DNA of 64,000 bases. Origin: the human T2T-CHM13v2.0 reference genome, Homo sapiens. The stretch lies in the NCBI RefSeq assembly GCF_009914755.1, contig NC_060935.1; one strand, 5' to 3'. The position numbers and the translations under genes are program-made. Positions within the stretch are counted from its first letter, which is position 1. Each line of letters opens with the position of its first letter. The notes beneath the pieces are model-generated. The model was given only the letters and a program-made list of their open reading frames with translations, was not told the DNA's origin and ran no database searches. Below are positions 1-12,550 of this stretch, piece after piece.

Positions 1-650
1 GTACCGCTGAACTGAAAATTAAAGTTGATTATCCAACAAAGGACTTTCCTGGAGTATCACATTGGAGAATGTTTAATCAGATATGACCAGCCACTTTTAA
101 GGAACTATAGTTGACTTTATGGATCCAATGCTGACAAATCTCTCCCAAGTAAGCCAGCCTCTTATCTGGCTTATGTGGTCTAGCCCTTAGAAGTGCTAAG
201 AAAGATCACATCCTAGCAAGCCGAGATCCTTGGGATATTTTGTGGACTTTGAGAAAATAAAATATTACATTAAATTATAGATACCTAAAGGAGCAATTTG
301 ATGAAGAGAGTTTCTTGAACTAGGATTTCTAGATTAGGTACAGATATAAAAGTGGCTTTTAAATGTCTGATTTGAGATTCCTTATGAAAATTTTTAAGAA
401 GGTTAAGGAGGCTTAGATGATAAATTAACTTTTTCCTTTCCTTACATAGATAATGAGGCCAAGTTTAATGAAAGTATTGTTTTGTGGTCAATATTAATCT
501 TTCTTTGAGATGATTCTTTTTAATAAAAACTAGAAAGACTACAGGGAAAAGTTGTGTTTTGATGGAAAAGTATGCATTGCTTAGAGCACACCCTTCTGGG
601 TTATCTGATTCCAAACAGATGGGGAATTTGTTCTTTCGTTGCCTTTGAGA
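1..650 (+). mobile_element. ERV1 (MER4-group) internal-region fragment
   Basis: About 100-480 aligns by eye to the reverse complement of about 2240-2600 of the adjacent provirus (shared taaggaa..gttgactttatg, atttgagattc.ttatgaaaa, taat.a.gccaa.t.taatga). Confidence 0.6.
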
Positions 651-1024
651 CATTTTACAACTCCGTAAGTTTTATTGGTTAACAGGAATCAAAGTAATTC
701 ATGTATGGAGACACGTAACTAAATTCTGTCTCATAGAGGTTCCATGGACTTTCTTCTACTGTGGAAGCATCCATTCCTATACTTATATGCAAATTCACAT
801 CAACATTCCTCCTATGACTATGTCTGTTCTGTGAATTCTCCTTCTAAGTAGTTGTAGCATTTGCCACATTTCCTCACTTAAAAAATAAATTACATGAGAA
901 CATCTTTAATGGATTTTTTATACCGTTTAAGCACCATGATTTGCCTTTTTATAAAAATTAAGTGGTTTACATTTTTGTATGGGAGAGAGAAAAAATATGT
1001 ACAGTACAATGAGTTATGCATTAG

Positions 1025-1552
1025 TGTTAAAAATTATTCATGACGCTTTTTAAGAAACCTTAAGGAAGACTTTATTCATGGAGACTATGACAATAGCTAT
1101 GGGGGTGACTACTACAGTGTGCTCTTACAATAGGGAAAAGAGATTAGACTCAACAAATACAGAAGGAAAAGGAGGACTTTATAGCCAAAAACAGAGCAGT
1201 GATGGGCAGGAGGAGTTGGTGGGTAGAAAATTGCTAAGAGGAAACATCAGGGGTATGGGTGCAGGTGTACTCTGGCCACACTGCTCTAACAGCTTGCCAC
1301 TGCCATCCTCACTCCACTATCCACCAGGGTGATCAGGCATCATCGGGGGAATGGTAGAGGATAAGGTGCCTGATTCGATATCTCCAGTGATTAGATATGG
1401 AGGGTGAATGGCTCTGGTTAAACTGATTTAGCAAGATTCTTGCTAAATTGAACAATACAGAGATAAACACAGAAATCCTAAAGTTGAGGCTAGCTAAGAA
1501 GAGAGTTCAGAGATGGCTGAGTAGAACTTGGTCAAGGTGAGACTCTCTGTCA
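1025..1552 (-). mobile_element. 3' LTR (MER31-like)
   Basis: tgttaaaaattattcatgac..gactttattc..aggaaacatcagggg..ggttaaactga..tctctgtca; homologous to 6357-7249. Confidence 0.75.
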
Positions 1553-4500
1553 TCAACCCTCTTGTTCAAGGAAATAAGAGAGATTCTTCTTTAGTGTGAA
1601 CAACGTTAGTTCATTTTCTTAGTCGTCTTTTTTTCATCAAGGAAACGCTGTCTTATCTGTTACGATGTTAGTCCATTTTGTTCATTAAGGACAAGCTATC
1701 TTATCTGTTGAGACTTTGTAGTCAAGGATATTTGCTGGATGGTGCAAGCTGTCAGGCCTTTAATGAAGGGAATTCCTGTGAAAGCTTTTTTAAAAGATTG
1801 ATAGTTGAAACTCTCAGAGGGCAGCTAGTAGGGATTTCTACCTGTTGAGCTCAATGTATCTTTAGATGGTGGAGTGAGGATGGCAGTGGCAATATGACTA
1901 AAGGTTTTGTTTGCATTTGCAAGGCCTCTAGTGATAGTGTCAGGTGATTTGGTAAATTTCTGAGTGGTTCACACACCAGCAGGCAAGAAGATATACTTTG
2001 AAGTTTATAACAAGTTGTCCAGCTTCAGCTTAAAAGGTTTGGTGAAAGGATAGTTTTATTCTCAGTAATGCCAAGTCAGAAGGGTAGAAGAAAAATTGGA
2101 AATATTAATTGGGAGAGTTGTAGTCAGATTTTAGAAGAAAGTAAAAGTGGTACTCAATAAGGGAGTACTGTAATTTCCCAGTGAAACAAAATTACTCTTT
2201 ATATTCAGCTCTCTTTACAATTCTTAATCACAAAAAAGTCTGGTCTCATTAGATTTGGCTTAATTATTTATGTAAGTGCAGCAAGAATCGCAATTAACTG
2301 CAAAGGCCTTATACGTTTTCTTTACCGAAACTTTTCATAAGAATCTCAAATTTGATTTTAAATATTCTTTCAAGGCCAAGAAGCCAAGCCAAGAACTTAC
2401 CACCAAAGTTCATTTGCAATACCTAGAGATTTGTGTGAATTTATTCTCTTCTTGAGGTCCCCAAGATATTCTGAGGTTCCTGTACCTACCAGAAAGGGAA
2501 CTTCTTTACTGGGAACGGTGTAAGCCAGGTGTCAGGCTGTTTTTTTCCTAGAAGGCTTTATTAAGCTTTGGCTTCATAAAGTCAACCTTGCTTCCTTATA
2601 TTTGATTCTAAGTACATCATTCTCAAACATAATATTGTAACCAAAACTTTGATAATAAAATCAGTTTTTTCAATGGTGTCCTGTTACAGATTCTTTTTGA
2701 ACTTATCTGATAACTATTTTACAAAGATATAAGAATAGTCAATAAAAGTTTCCAAATTTTGAAGGGATCAGGTAGGGAGAAAAGAAAAATGTTTCATATT
2801 TGTTTACAGCACATAATCTACTAAATTTCTGTAACTTACATATTGCTTGAGAGAAAAGGGAAAGGGGATTCTTTTATTCAGAAAATAGGACATTGAAAGA
2901 ATCAGCAGTGTTTCAAAACAAAACCCCTAATTATTCTTTATGAGTTCATTCAGTCCCATGTAATATATTTTGTTTTGCTTGGTTTTATGTTAGCAGTTTC
3001 ATGAATCCATTCAGTTCTAAAGATCCAATAAGAGTTAGCTTGACAAGATATTTGGTTGCTTCTGTGACACCCAACAAAAATAATACCTGGAATTACTGCT
3101 GATAGCATTATATTAGAGCATACCGTAAACAGAAAAATAATTCACAAATTTCTATTAACTTTATATGATTGCTGAAATAATAACATTTTGACAATACAAA
3201 TATAACCTAGGAAAGGTTAATTATCTTTTTTATTTGACAATGTTTCCATGAAATTTAGCAAGCAAAATAAACCAAATTATTTTTTAACTTTTCTCTACAT
3301 GGTGAAAGAACAAATCCTTTGAGAGTTTTCAGAGGCCCTCTGGGAAATCTCAAGATCAATTCAAGAACAAGAAGATTTCATTTAGGATTTGATTTTGGAA
3401 AGGCAACATTTTCAAAAATAAAAAAAAAGAGTTATTTTAAAAGTGTGAAGACTTGATTCTCTTAAATAATTATTTTCTTAAAATAATCTCTTAAATAGTC
3501 TTTATCATAGCATAAATAGCATAAAATGTAGCAAACTATTCTGATAAGACACAGAACTTTGGTTTTCTAGTAGATTACTAAAAAGGTATAGAAAAACACT
3601 TTTACAATTTCTTATTAAGAGCAGACAAATAATCCATGAAAGTTTGTCATTTTTGTCTTGCATCTGTATAATTTTGACATTAAAGATAATTAATAAAAAT
3701 AAATAAATCCACTTACATATTTAGTCAACTTGACCACACATAAAATTCCTCTTTACAAGCAATCTATACCTTTGAAAAATATCCATGTGAGTTTTCATTT
3801 CCTCATTCAGGAATACCCAGTCATACTTTAGAATGAAATTACTTTAGAATACAATTACCTTTTTCTTTCCTAAACAACATCATATCTTTCATACTTCATA
3901 CTTTTTCTTCTTGAAAACACACTGGACTTTCCTTAAATGTTTTTTAAACAGAGTTGTTTTCCTTATTATTTAAGTAGTTTTGTCCACATACATTGATTAT
4001 AACTTTTAACCATCAGTTTCTTTCTTTACAGAGAAAACTATAACAGAAAATAGACAAATGTGAATTGTCATAAGCCCAGATTCGGTAACAGGATTGCAAA
4101 TTTATTAATACATAATTTCACAATTTCTAGAGGCATATACTTACTCATAGAACAATTTTTCAATGTGACAAAAACGTTTATTAATGAACTCAAGTATAAG
4201 TAACTCATATAAAACATATAACAATAAGATGCCAAAAGAGTGTAAACTTAAACTTATGCTTAGTAATGAATATTGTACTAGTTTATCTTATTAGAAATGA
4301 CCTAGATACTTAACAAATATCTATTATTAATGAAACTTAGCCTAACATTAAGGTTGCAAGTTACTAAAATATTCTGGAAATTATTTCAAGGTAAACATAA
4401 CACCAAACAAAGCTAGCCATTATCTCATATCTCAAGTAATTTACCTGTTAACCCTTTTTATATGACAGGCATGTTAGGTAAACATTACAAAAGTAGAAAC

Positions 4501-5539
4501 CTAAAAAGTTAGATACATTTTTGTTTATTTTTGTTTGTTTGTTTTACTGCTGTGCTTGACATACATAAAGTATTTATATTAAACAATTAATTTTAACTGC
4601 ATCTTTACTCATGCACATGTTCCTAGGTTGAATAATTTTCATAATTTTAAACATCCAGTAGATATACTATTACCTTACTCAACTTTTAAACCCAAGTAAA
4701 GTAAAATATGCTTTTTATTATGTTTAATGCTGATAACTCAGAAGATACAAGGGTTTTTATTAAGCAAACGTTATTAAACTAGGCTCACTTGCCAAAGATA
4801 CGCCTATGTCAAGTAAATTTGAAAATAATTTTGTTTAGTTTTTTCCTAGGAATTTTAGGAATATTTCATTTACAGGCACTCACTAATCTGCATGCCAATT
4901 TGAATAAAGCTCCTTTAAGGTATTTTATAAACTAATTTGGTAATACTATTCAGAAGTAGAAAAATATTGCATCTACATAACATGTTTACATGAATGCATA
5001 AACACACAGACGAGCCACAGAGATCTTATACGTTTCATTTTAAAATTCTTAGCTATGAGTTAGTAAAGCATAGTAATACAAAAAACTCACTGGTTTATAT
5101 AAAGTAGTTCTTATCTTTAATACAATTTATATTTCTGTCCAAACAGTATTTTTGACAAAAATGGAATAAATTGAGGTTACTGACTCAATAAGGTCTAAAT
5201 CTTTTTTTAAACCAGTATTTATGGGGAATTCTTATGATTTTCTTTTGTTCTGATATATAATCTGACAGAAGCTGTGGGCTACCTTTTAGGCAAGTGCCTG
5301 AGGAAACATCAAGCAGCAATCTGGCTGTTTCCAAAGCTCCTCTGAGTGGATAAAATATCCAGTCTATTTTCAGTTAACCCTTTCCCCCTCTTTCTGCCTC
5401 AGATGATTGCTGTTTGGGGTTCCTGAGCACCTTGAAAGCTCTTGATGTGTACAGGGAGTTCAAGTGAGTATAGAGAGGTGAGCCACTTAAGCTGAGGTTT
5501 ATTGTGGAGGCTGTGGTGAGGCTATTCTGGGGATGGAGG

Positions 5540-5890
5540 TGCCAGGTGGGCCAGTCATCAGTCTCCTTAGGGGCAAGTGCTAGTGCACAGCAGTTCCTTC
5601 TTGGTATTAAGTAAGGTTGTTTTTAGTGGTGCTGGTGAGACCAAATGGTCTGTCCTTGAACCCTTGGGAGTGCATTTCTGGTGGTGGCTATGGCAGTGGC
5701 AGACCCAGGAAAGATTGTCCTCAGGTCATCAGGCATTGTGCACCGGTGCCAGTGGTGGTGATATCAGCAAAGGCCCTAGATGGGCTGATTCTCAGGCCCC
5801 GCAGGGGCTTATGGTGCTGGTGCCACCCTGCTTTCAAAATGGTGCCATGATGCAACAGCATGCGGCCTGGGGTGAAGGGAGTGAATAGAC
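5540..5890 (-). mobile_element. GC-richer fragment resembling an old L1 5' region, inside the provirus
   Basis: Composition shift with ggtggtggc/gcagtggc motifs typical of the antisense strand of L1M 5'UTRs; family not secure. Confidence 0.3.
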
Positions 5891-6332
5891 CTGGTGGAGC
5901 ACACAGTCGGCAAATATTCAAGAAGGGAATTTCAATTGACTGAGAAATTCCCATTAGGAAAAGAAGAATCAAATGGAAGTAATAAAACGTTCTCACAAAC
6001 CATCATGAAAAAAATTCCAGCTCACAAATCAGGAAATAAATTTTAATCAAAATAAGGATCCAGGAAGAACACATACCCCAAAAGTTGAGGAATAATCCCC
6101 ACTCAAGACAGAGCCAGGAAGAAAGACTTCCAGCCCAGCAGTTACCTGTCAAAGAGAGAAGCCTGAACTTGGGCCTCTAACTCAGTTTCTGCTTACCTGG
6201 GATTGTAGCACAGCTTCTTGAGTACACACAAAACCTTAAGAATCAAATCTGTCCTTACTATCATTCAACAGGCTGTCAAAAGTGTGTACACAGGGTCCTA
6301 AGTGAAAAGTCTGGGGGTCCAGTGATACATGT

Positions 6333-6351
6333 GATCCTGAGTCATGGCACC
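6333..6351 (-). other. Primer-binding site, tRNA-His-like
   Basis: The - strand reads GGTGCCATGACTCAGGATC immediately after the 5' LTR; compare the tRNA-His PBS TGGTGCCGTGACTCGGAT. Confidence 0.7.
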
Positions 6352-6356
6352 TCAAA

Positions 6357-7249
6357 CATTAAAGAAAAAATTACTTATGATGCTTAAAGAACAGTAAGAA
6401 AAACTTTATTAACAGAGAGTAACGTGATATGTATAGGAGCTTGTTGTAGGGAGAGGGATTGGGCTCAACTCTAAATGAACAGTGAAAAGTAAGAATGTAT
6501 GGAAAAGGAGTAAGGTTGGGGACATAGGTTACTAAGTAGAAAATTATTAAAAGGAAACATCAAGAGTAGGGAAGATTTTGGCTTAGTCTGTTTTGTGTTG
6601 CTGTAAAGGAAAATGTCTCAGTCTAGGTACTTTATAGCAAAATGGGTTTATTTGGCTCACAGTTCTGCAGACTGTACAAGAAACATGACACCAATATCTG
6701 GTTCTGGCGAGATCCTCAGAAAGCCTCTACTCATTGGTGGAAGGGGAAAGGGAGAAGGTATCACAGGCAAGAGGAAGGAAGCAAGATAAAACGAAAGAGG
6801 AAGAAGTAGCCAGGCTCTTTTTTTAACAGCCAGATCTCACAGGAACATAGAGTGAGAACTCACTCAATCCTGCAAGAATGGTACCACGCCCTTCATGAGG
6901 GATTCACCCACATGACACAAACAACTCCACACTAGGCCCCATCTCCAACATTGGGGATTAAATTTTAATATGAGATCAGGAGGGGACAAATGTCCAAAGC
7001 ATGTAATTGACCTAACAGGATTCTTGCTATCAGCAAGCCAGAATTATCACATATCAAGTGGGAATGGTAGAATATGAGGAAATCAATTAAACATCTAGAG
7101 TAACCAGATATGGAGGGGAAGGGGCTTTGGTTAAACTGACCTAGCATGACTCTTGCTAAAATCGAACAATATGGAGATAAATATGAAAATCAAGGCCAAG
7201 TTGAGAACACAGTTCAGAGGAACCTGGGTAGAGGAGATAGTCTTTGTCA
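6357..7249 (-). mobile_element. 5' LTR (MER31-like) interrupted by an MST LTR
   Basis: Homology to 1025-1552 breaks at about 6580 and resumes at about 7005 (gacctaacaggattcttgct). Confidence 0.75.
6581..7004 (-). mobile_element. MaLR solo LTR (MSTB-like)
   Basis: ttagtctgttttgtgttgct..ggtttatttggctcacagttctgcagactgtacaagaa..ggccccatctccaacattgggga. Confidence 0.8.
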
Positions 7250-7879
7250 TTAGGTAGAATTCCCATTGAAATGTCAAAGACAGGAATCTGTCACCTTAGA
7301 AAATGACATTTCATGTTAAGGAAGGAGATATTGAATTAAATAAAATGAGTAAATAAAGCATTGTTTATTTTATTTTTATATTTTTCATGTATGCATGTTA
7401 GTTTTTTTGAATAGTTTCATGTTCAAGAGTGTTATTGCCCATCTTAATTTCAATTCCTGAGAACAAGCACATATCTCAAAGATGTCAAAAATATGTGCTG
7501 AAAATAAGTACTTTAAATAAAGAGGTAGTCTTTGGTCACCTCTGATCACTGCCCAGTTATCATGTAAGTGTATACCATTAATTTTCAAATTAACATAGAC
7601 AATATTATTTTAATCATTATGAAAATGACAAGAATACATTGTGTTCATAGGAGTGGTAAGGGAAACTGCATAAGAGTGAAACCTGGGAATACATTTTATT
7701 TACATAAGAGTCCCAAGCCTGAATACTGAACCAACAGATTTGCAAGTTTGATTCTTTAATCCTAATGAACAGATTGAGAAATTATATTGTAAAGTGATTA
7801 ACATAGTATGTTTTCTTATTGATCTATTCTGCTTGTTTTCTTGACTTTGGGTTAAGCATCATGTGGTTAAGCATCCGCT

Positions 7880-8821
7880 TCAGCTTTGCTTCTGGCACAG
7901 TTTTTCTAAGACAAGATTTCTTATCTGCTGGCTCTTCACACAGTATACAATGGGGTTCATCAATGGAGGCACCAGCAGAAAAGCATCAGCTATGAGGATC
8001 CTAGTGATTGGGAAACTGTGTTTGGCAAACCGGTAGATGACAGCTAGGGAGATAATGGGCACATAGAAGATGAGCACAGCACAGATGTGGGAAACACATG
8101 TATTGAGGACCTTGAGCCTTTTCTTTCATGATGCTATGCTCAACACTGCTTTCAGTATCAACATGTAGGACATGAAAATAAATGTCAAGTCTAGGATGCC
8201 TGTGAGAGCCACAAATAAGCCATAGATGATGTTGACCTTGTTGTCAGTGCAGGCCAGTTTCATGACATCTTGATGGAGGCAGTAGGATTGGGACAGGAGG
8301 TTCTTCTTACAATATTTTAGATGTTTTAGAGTGAAAGGAAATGGGAGGATCAACAAAACATTTTTGAGAGAAAAAGCAAGCCCAATTTGAATGACTCTGG
8401 CACTGGTGAGGATGGAAGTGTATCTCAGGGGGTTGCAGATGGCAATAAAGCGATCAAAGGACATTATAAGAAGTACAGATGACTCCATAGCTGAGAATCC
8501 ATGGATGAAAAACTCTTGAGCAATACAGGCATCAGGGGAAATTCCTGGAGCATTGAACAGGAAAATCCTTAACATGGTAGGGAGAGAGGAGAGGGATAGT
8601 CCCAGGTCAGAGAGAGCCAACATGGAGAGAAAATAGTACATGGGCTCATGCAAAGAAGGCTCTGTTTTTATGAAAAACAGAATGGTACAATTCCCTAGGA
8701 TAGCAACAGTGTACATGAGACATATGGGGATAGAGATCCAAATATTGGCATGCTCCAAACCTGGGATCCCAACCAAGTAGAAAATAGAGATTTCCATTTC
8801 AGAGGTATTGAGAATGGACAT
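7880..8821 (-). pseudogene. OR51A5P: Olfactory receptor family 51 subfamily A pseudogene (313 codons, single in-frame TGA at codon 232)
   Basis: ORFs 8126-8854 and 7880-8077 share one frame. Class I OR motifs LHEPMYYFL, MSFDRFIAICNPLRY, YCLHQD, KVLNTCVSHI, PPLMNPIVY. TGA at 8128-8126. Symbol from gene order upstream of MMP26. Confidence 0.9.
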
Positions 8822-8968
8822 CCCAGTATTTGAGGGAAAAGATGAGAAGCTCATAAGAGGTTTTCTGTAGAGGTATAAGTAGATCGGCTCAAATGCCTGG
8901 CTCTATCCTATTGAACTCATTGAGGTCTTACAACACCAGGTATATAGACATAATTCTTAGACACAAAC

Positions 8969-8984
8969 CTAAAAGGAGAAATAG
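8969..8984 (-). other. Splice acceptor of the OR coding exon
   Basis: - strand ctatttctccttttag|G, about 150 nt upstream of the ATG; candidate upstream donors at about 10165 (TAG|gtaaat) and 11433 (TTG|gtaagt). Confidence 0.6.
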
Positions 8985-9675
8985 ATAGGTAGACTCAACT
9001 AGAAACAAAAAACCGAGAAAAAATAATGCAAATTGATATCAAAATCTAATCTTAAAATAGATACAGATTATAACAGGTACAAGTCCTATACAAGGACTAC
9101 TGATCAACTGAGATAATTATACAGGCGAACATTATCCAACTCAAAGACTTGAAACTTTTGCTTTTTAATATAACGTTGCAATATATGTCCTGCTTATAAA
9201 TTTGTTTAAAATTTCTGTCATAAAAATTCAGCTGAAAAAAAAGGTCTAAAATTTTGTTAAAAATTTGTAAGATTTTTTAAAAGTTCAAAACATTTACATA
9301 AAATTCAAAAAAAAATATATGTATATAGTGTCTTCGTTGTAAACATGGATTTTCTTTTCCTTTCCTCGAATCTTTTATATCTCTCAAAAATACGTTGTCA
9401 TTCTTTATAGAGGATTTTACAAAATTTATTTTTAGATCATTATGATTTTATTGCTATTCTTTACAGAATCATTCATCCTCTATTATTTTCTGTTTTTCTT
9501 AGTGATTACTGATTGCTTAGAGGAACAATATAAAATTTTGTTGTCAAAATCTACCATCCCATGCTGTTCTTTCTCTTTTTGTCTGTTTCCTCACTACCAT
9601 AGATTTCGGAGTGCCTTTGCATCATCTTCTTAACTCTGTATACACCTTTGTAAAGAAATCCTAGGAAGGATTTTT

Positions 9676-10070
9676 ATGTGGTACATGTACGCCACAGAAT
9701 ATTATACAGCCATAAAAGGAACGACATCATGTCCTTTGCAGGGACATGGATGGGGCTGGAAGCCATTATCCTCAGCAAACTGACACAGGAACAGAAAACC
9801 AAACACCGCATGTTCTCACTTATAAGTGGGAGCTGAACAAAGAGAACACATGGACACAGGGAGAGGAACAACACACACTGGGGCCTGTCAGGGGTTGAGG
9901 TGGGGGGAGGGAGAGTATTAGGAGAAATAGCTAATGCATGCTGGGCTTAATACCTAGGTGATGGGTTGATAGGTGCAGCAAACCACCCTGGCACAAGTTT
10001 ACCTATGTGACAAACCTGCATGTCCTGCACATGTACCCCAGAACTTAAAATGAAATAACATTTTTTAAAA
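9676..10070 (+). mobile_element. 5'-truncated L1PA 3' end
   Basis: catgtcctttgcagggacatggatg..catgttctcacttataagtgggagctgaac..aacctgcatgtcctgcacatgtacccc; flanks aaatcctagga / aaatgcctagga resemble a TSD. Confidence 0.9.
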
Positions 10071-12104
10071 ATGCCTAGGACGTTCTGGATTTAATAAGAA
10101 ATTACATGCAAACAAACAAACAAAACACAAGAAAAAAATCAGGCAAGTGTTAAGATAATATTTACCTAGAGTTTGGAAGATCCTCACGCAAAATCAGAGG
10201 AGGGCAATGTATAAATTTTTATTACTGTGGCTAATACCAGTATGATGGCTGTCTGCTTTAAACACTAATCCAGGTGTGTCAAGTGGTCCAACTACCAACT
10301 GAAGGCTTTTTGTGCCTGTTAGGCCTAGTGTCCTCCAACTCCCAAGTCTTGCTTCTGATATTAATCTGAAAAGAGTGAGATTAAGTCTTCAGTGGAAAAC
10401 TGAAGATTTATTCTATCAGGGCTTGTAAGATTGTTATTTGCTTATTTATTCCATATGGCTGAATAGAGTTATTGGAAGTTCTTTCCTGCCAGGACGGAGG
10501 TTCAAAGTGTATTTAATGTTAAAATTGTTAAGGTAAGTGAATCGTTTGAGAAGAATGTGCACCTTTCGCTGCTTGAGATCATTCTGCATGGCTTTTGTAT
10601 GAAACACAGCCAGTTCAGGCTTCACTGCCTCAACCTTCTCTGTCACTGACTTCATCTCCCCTCCATGCTGTTCCTCCTGTGGATGTATGGAGATACGGTT
10701 CCTCTTTTGATTTCCTCCCAAATGTTCTCTAGCGAACATTCTCCCAAAACTTTGTGTTGCCAAGATGTTGGTATTGTTTTTGACATACAGTAACTGCTTT
10801 AATAGCTCTGCATCATTTAATCAACGTACACTTTTTAAAATCTGAGTTTTAAATCCCTCCATATTCAACCCAGCTAATAACTTTGAGCTTATACCAGCCC
10901 TCTTAATAGGATTAAAAAGTACTTCGTAATCAGTGAGGAAAAGTAGGGTATAAAAATCTCTTTCTTTAGAAAATGCTATGGCTTTCTGGAAGATTATTTT
11001 ATTTTGCTTTAAAAGATGTTACTTTTAGAGACTCTAGAGGAACTAGAACATTGCACAGATAGGATTGTCCAGTATTCTGTCTTTGGCTCAGAAATGCCTA
11101 CTCAACTAAATTGTCTAGTTTATAAAAATGCAAAAAAGTTGAAGTAACAGATACAGAATGTCTTTTTAAAATGAAGTTAAAATAAAGTTCAGTATTTATA
11201 TGAAAGTTGTTAAATAAGGTTATCATGTTCTTTATATTAATAGGATAATGATGTTTGTATAATAATGTTGTCAGGATGGTGTTATGCAGATTGTCAAACC
11301 TTGAGTATATGTTGACATGGAAGCAAGTATTAAATGGTAAAATCATAACAGCTTATTAAGGATAAAATACCCATCTTAATGCTCTTGATTAATGAGACTT
11401 GCAATTAGAACATCAGGATTTTCAGGTACTTACCAAGATCATGCTTAGTCCATACTTCAAGGTAAGAAGGAGCTGAACCCAGGATAAAGCCACTCAAATC
11501 CCGGCTATTAGGCCCATGTATTGATCTTGATGGTCTGACTCTAGCCCTTCTACCTTGGTGCCTTTTTAGTGGAACAAAGGCCTCTGAGGATGACACCTCA
11601 GGAAGCAAGACCCAGAGGGATTAAAAAGCCCACAGGTCTTTTCTTTACACAGATGAGACCTTAAATAAGAGTGGACTCAAACAGAATCAGCTGAATTGCT
11701 ATACTGCATGTAAATTAGCCATTGAAGGTTAACATCCTATGAGACCTATTCTTCTTTATTCAACAGAATTGATTGCTCTTTCGCCTGCAGTTATAGGTTC
11801 TTCTGGAGAAGTGTTCACAATTTATTTTCCTAAGTCATTATGTTTGTGCCACTGTGAGTTTTCAGATTCACTTTTGCTACTTGCTTATACATGCAATTTT
11901 TATCTTATAAAATGAAAGTCGTTATTCTGCTCATGTTTAAGAGCACCTGAATTTATTTTTAGAGGCCAGTCTATATACCCTTTGTTCATTTTTTAAATTT
12001 TATCTATTAGTCTGAGTACTTCCTATATTAAATAAATGTATTTTTACTGTTACTTAAAGATTTCTTGCTCTTGTGTTACTCATATTTGTCTTTGATAATG
12101 ATGT

Positions 12105-12550
12105 TGTTGCACGTTGAAATCCCTTTGAAATAAACATTGAGCTAAACATTTGTGTGCAGAAGTTTATTGGGAGTGTTTCTATGTTAAACAGCTATGAGGG
12201 AAAAAAGGAAATGGAACTAGTGGAAAGAGAAATTAAATTCCATTCAATTGTTAGAAAAGCTATATTTAATCTTGAAGAGATCTCTAGGGCTAAAATGATC
12301 CCACTTCAGAATTGTCCTGAATTGGAGGAAAGGTCTGGGCCTTTTTAACAACCTATTGACGGGCCATTGGATGTAGTCTTTAAATGGGAGGGGTCATGAC
12401 TTTGGATAAAGTGGTTCCATTCAGAAGAAAGAAATTCTCAAGAAGGACTCAAATGTGACCTGTCAGCTATAACACTCTCACTAGAGGAATGAGTGCTTCA
12501 GTTCTGGCAGAATAAGAACATCCAGGAGATTCACTGAGCATCAGCTGCAG
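12105..12550 (-). mobile_element. ERVL LTR (LTR16-like)
   Basis: tgtgtgcagaagtttattgggagtg..cttcagaattgtcc..ggtcatgactttgg..ggaatgagtgc pattern. Confidence 0.6.

Larger units (their letters stand above)
1025..7249 (-). mobile_element. Complete two-LTR ERV1 provirus remnant (MER31-type LTRs plus MER4-group internal sequence)
   Basis: Two homologous LTRs in the same orientation (1025-1552, 6357-7249), both ending ..tgtca. Identical 4-bp TSD TTAG at 1021-1024 and 7250-7253. PBS next to the right LTR and a purine-rich tract next to the left LTR on the - strand. No long ORF. Confidence 0.8.

Noticed and set aside
1552-6356. Coding gag/pol/env in the provirus
   Set aside because: No long ORF or recognisable retroviral motif; non-autonomous and decayed.
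8822-8854. 11-aa N-terminal extension of the OR51A ORF
   Set aside because: The second ATG (MSILNTS, with the N-glycan sequon) gives the typical 313-codon OR length.
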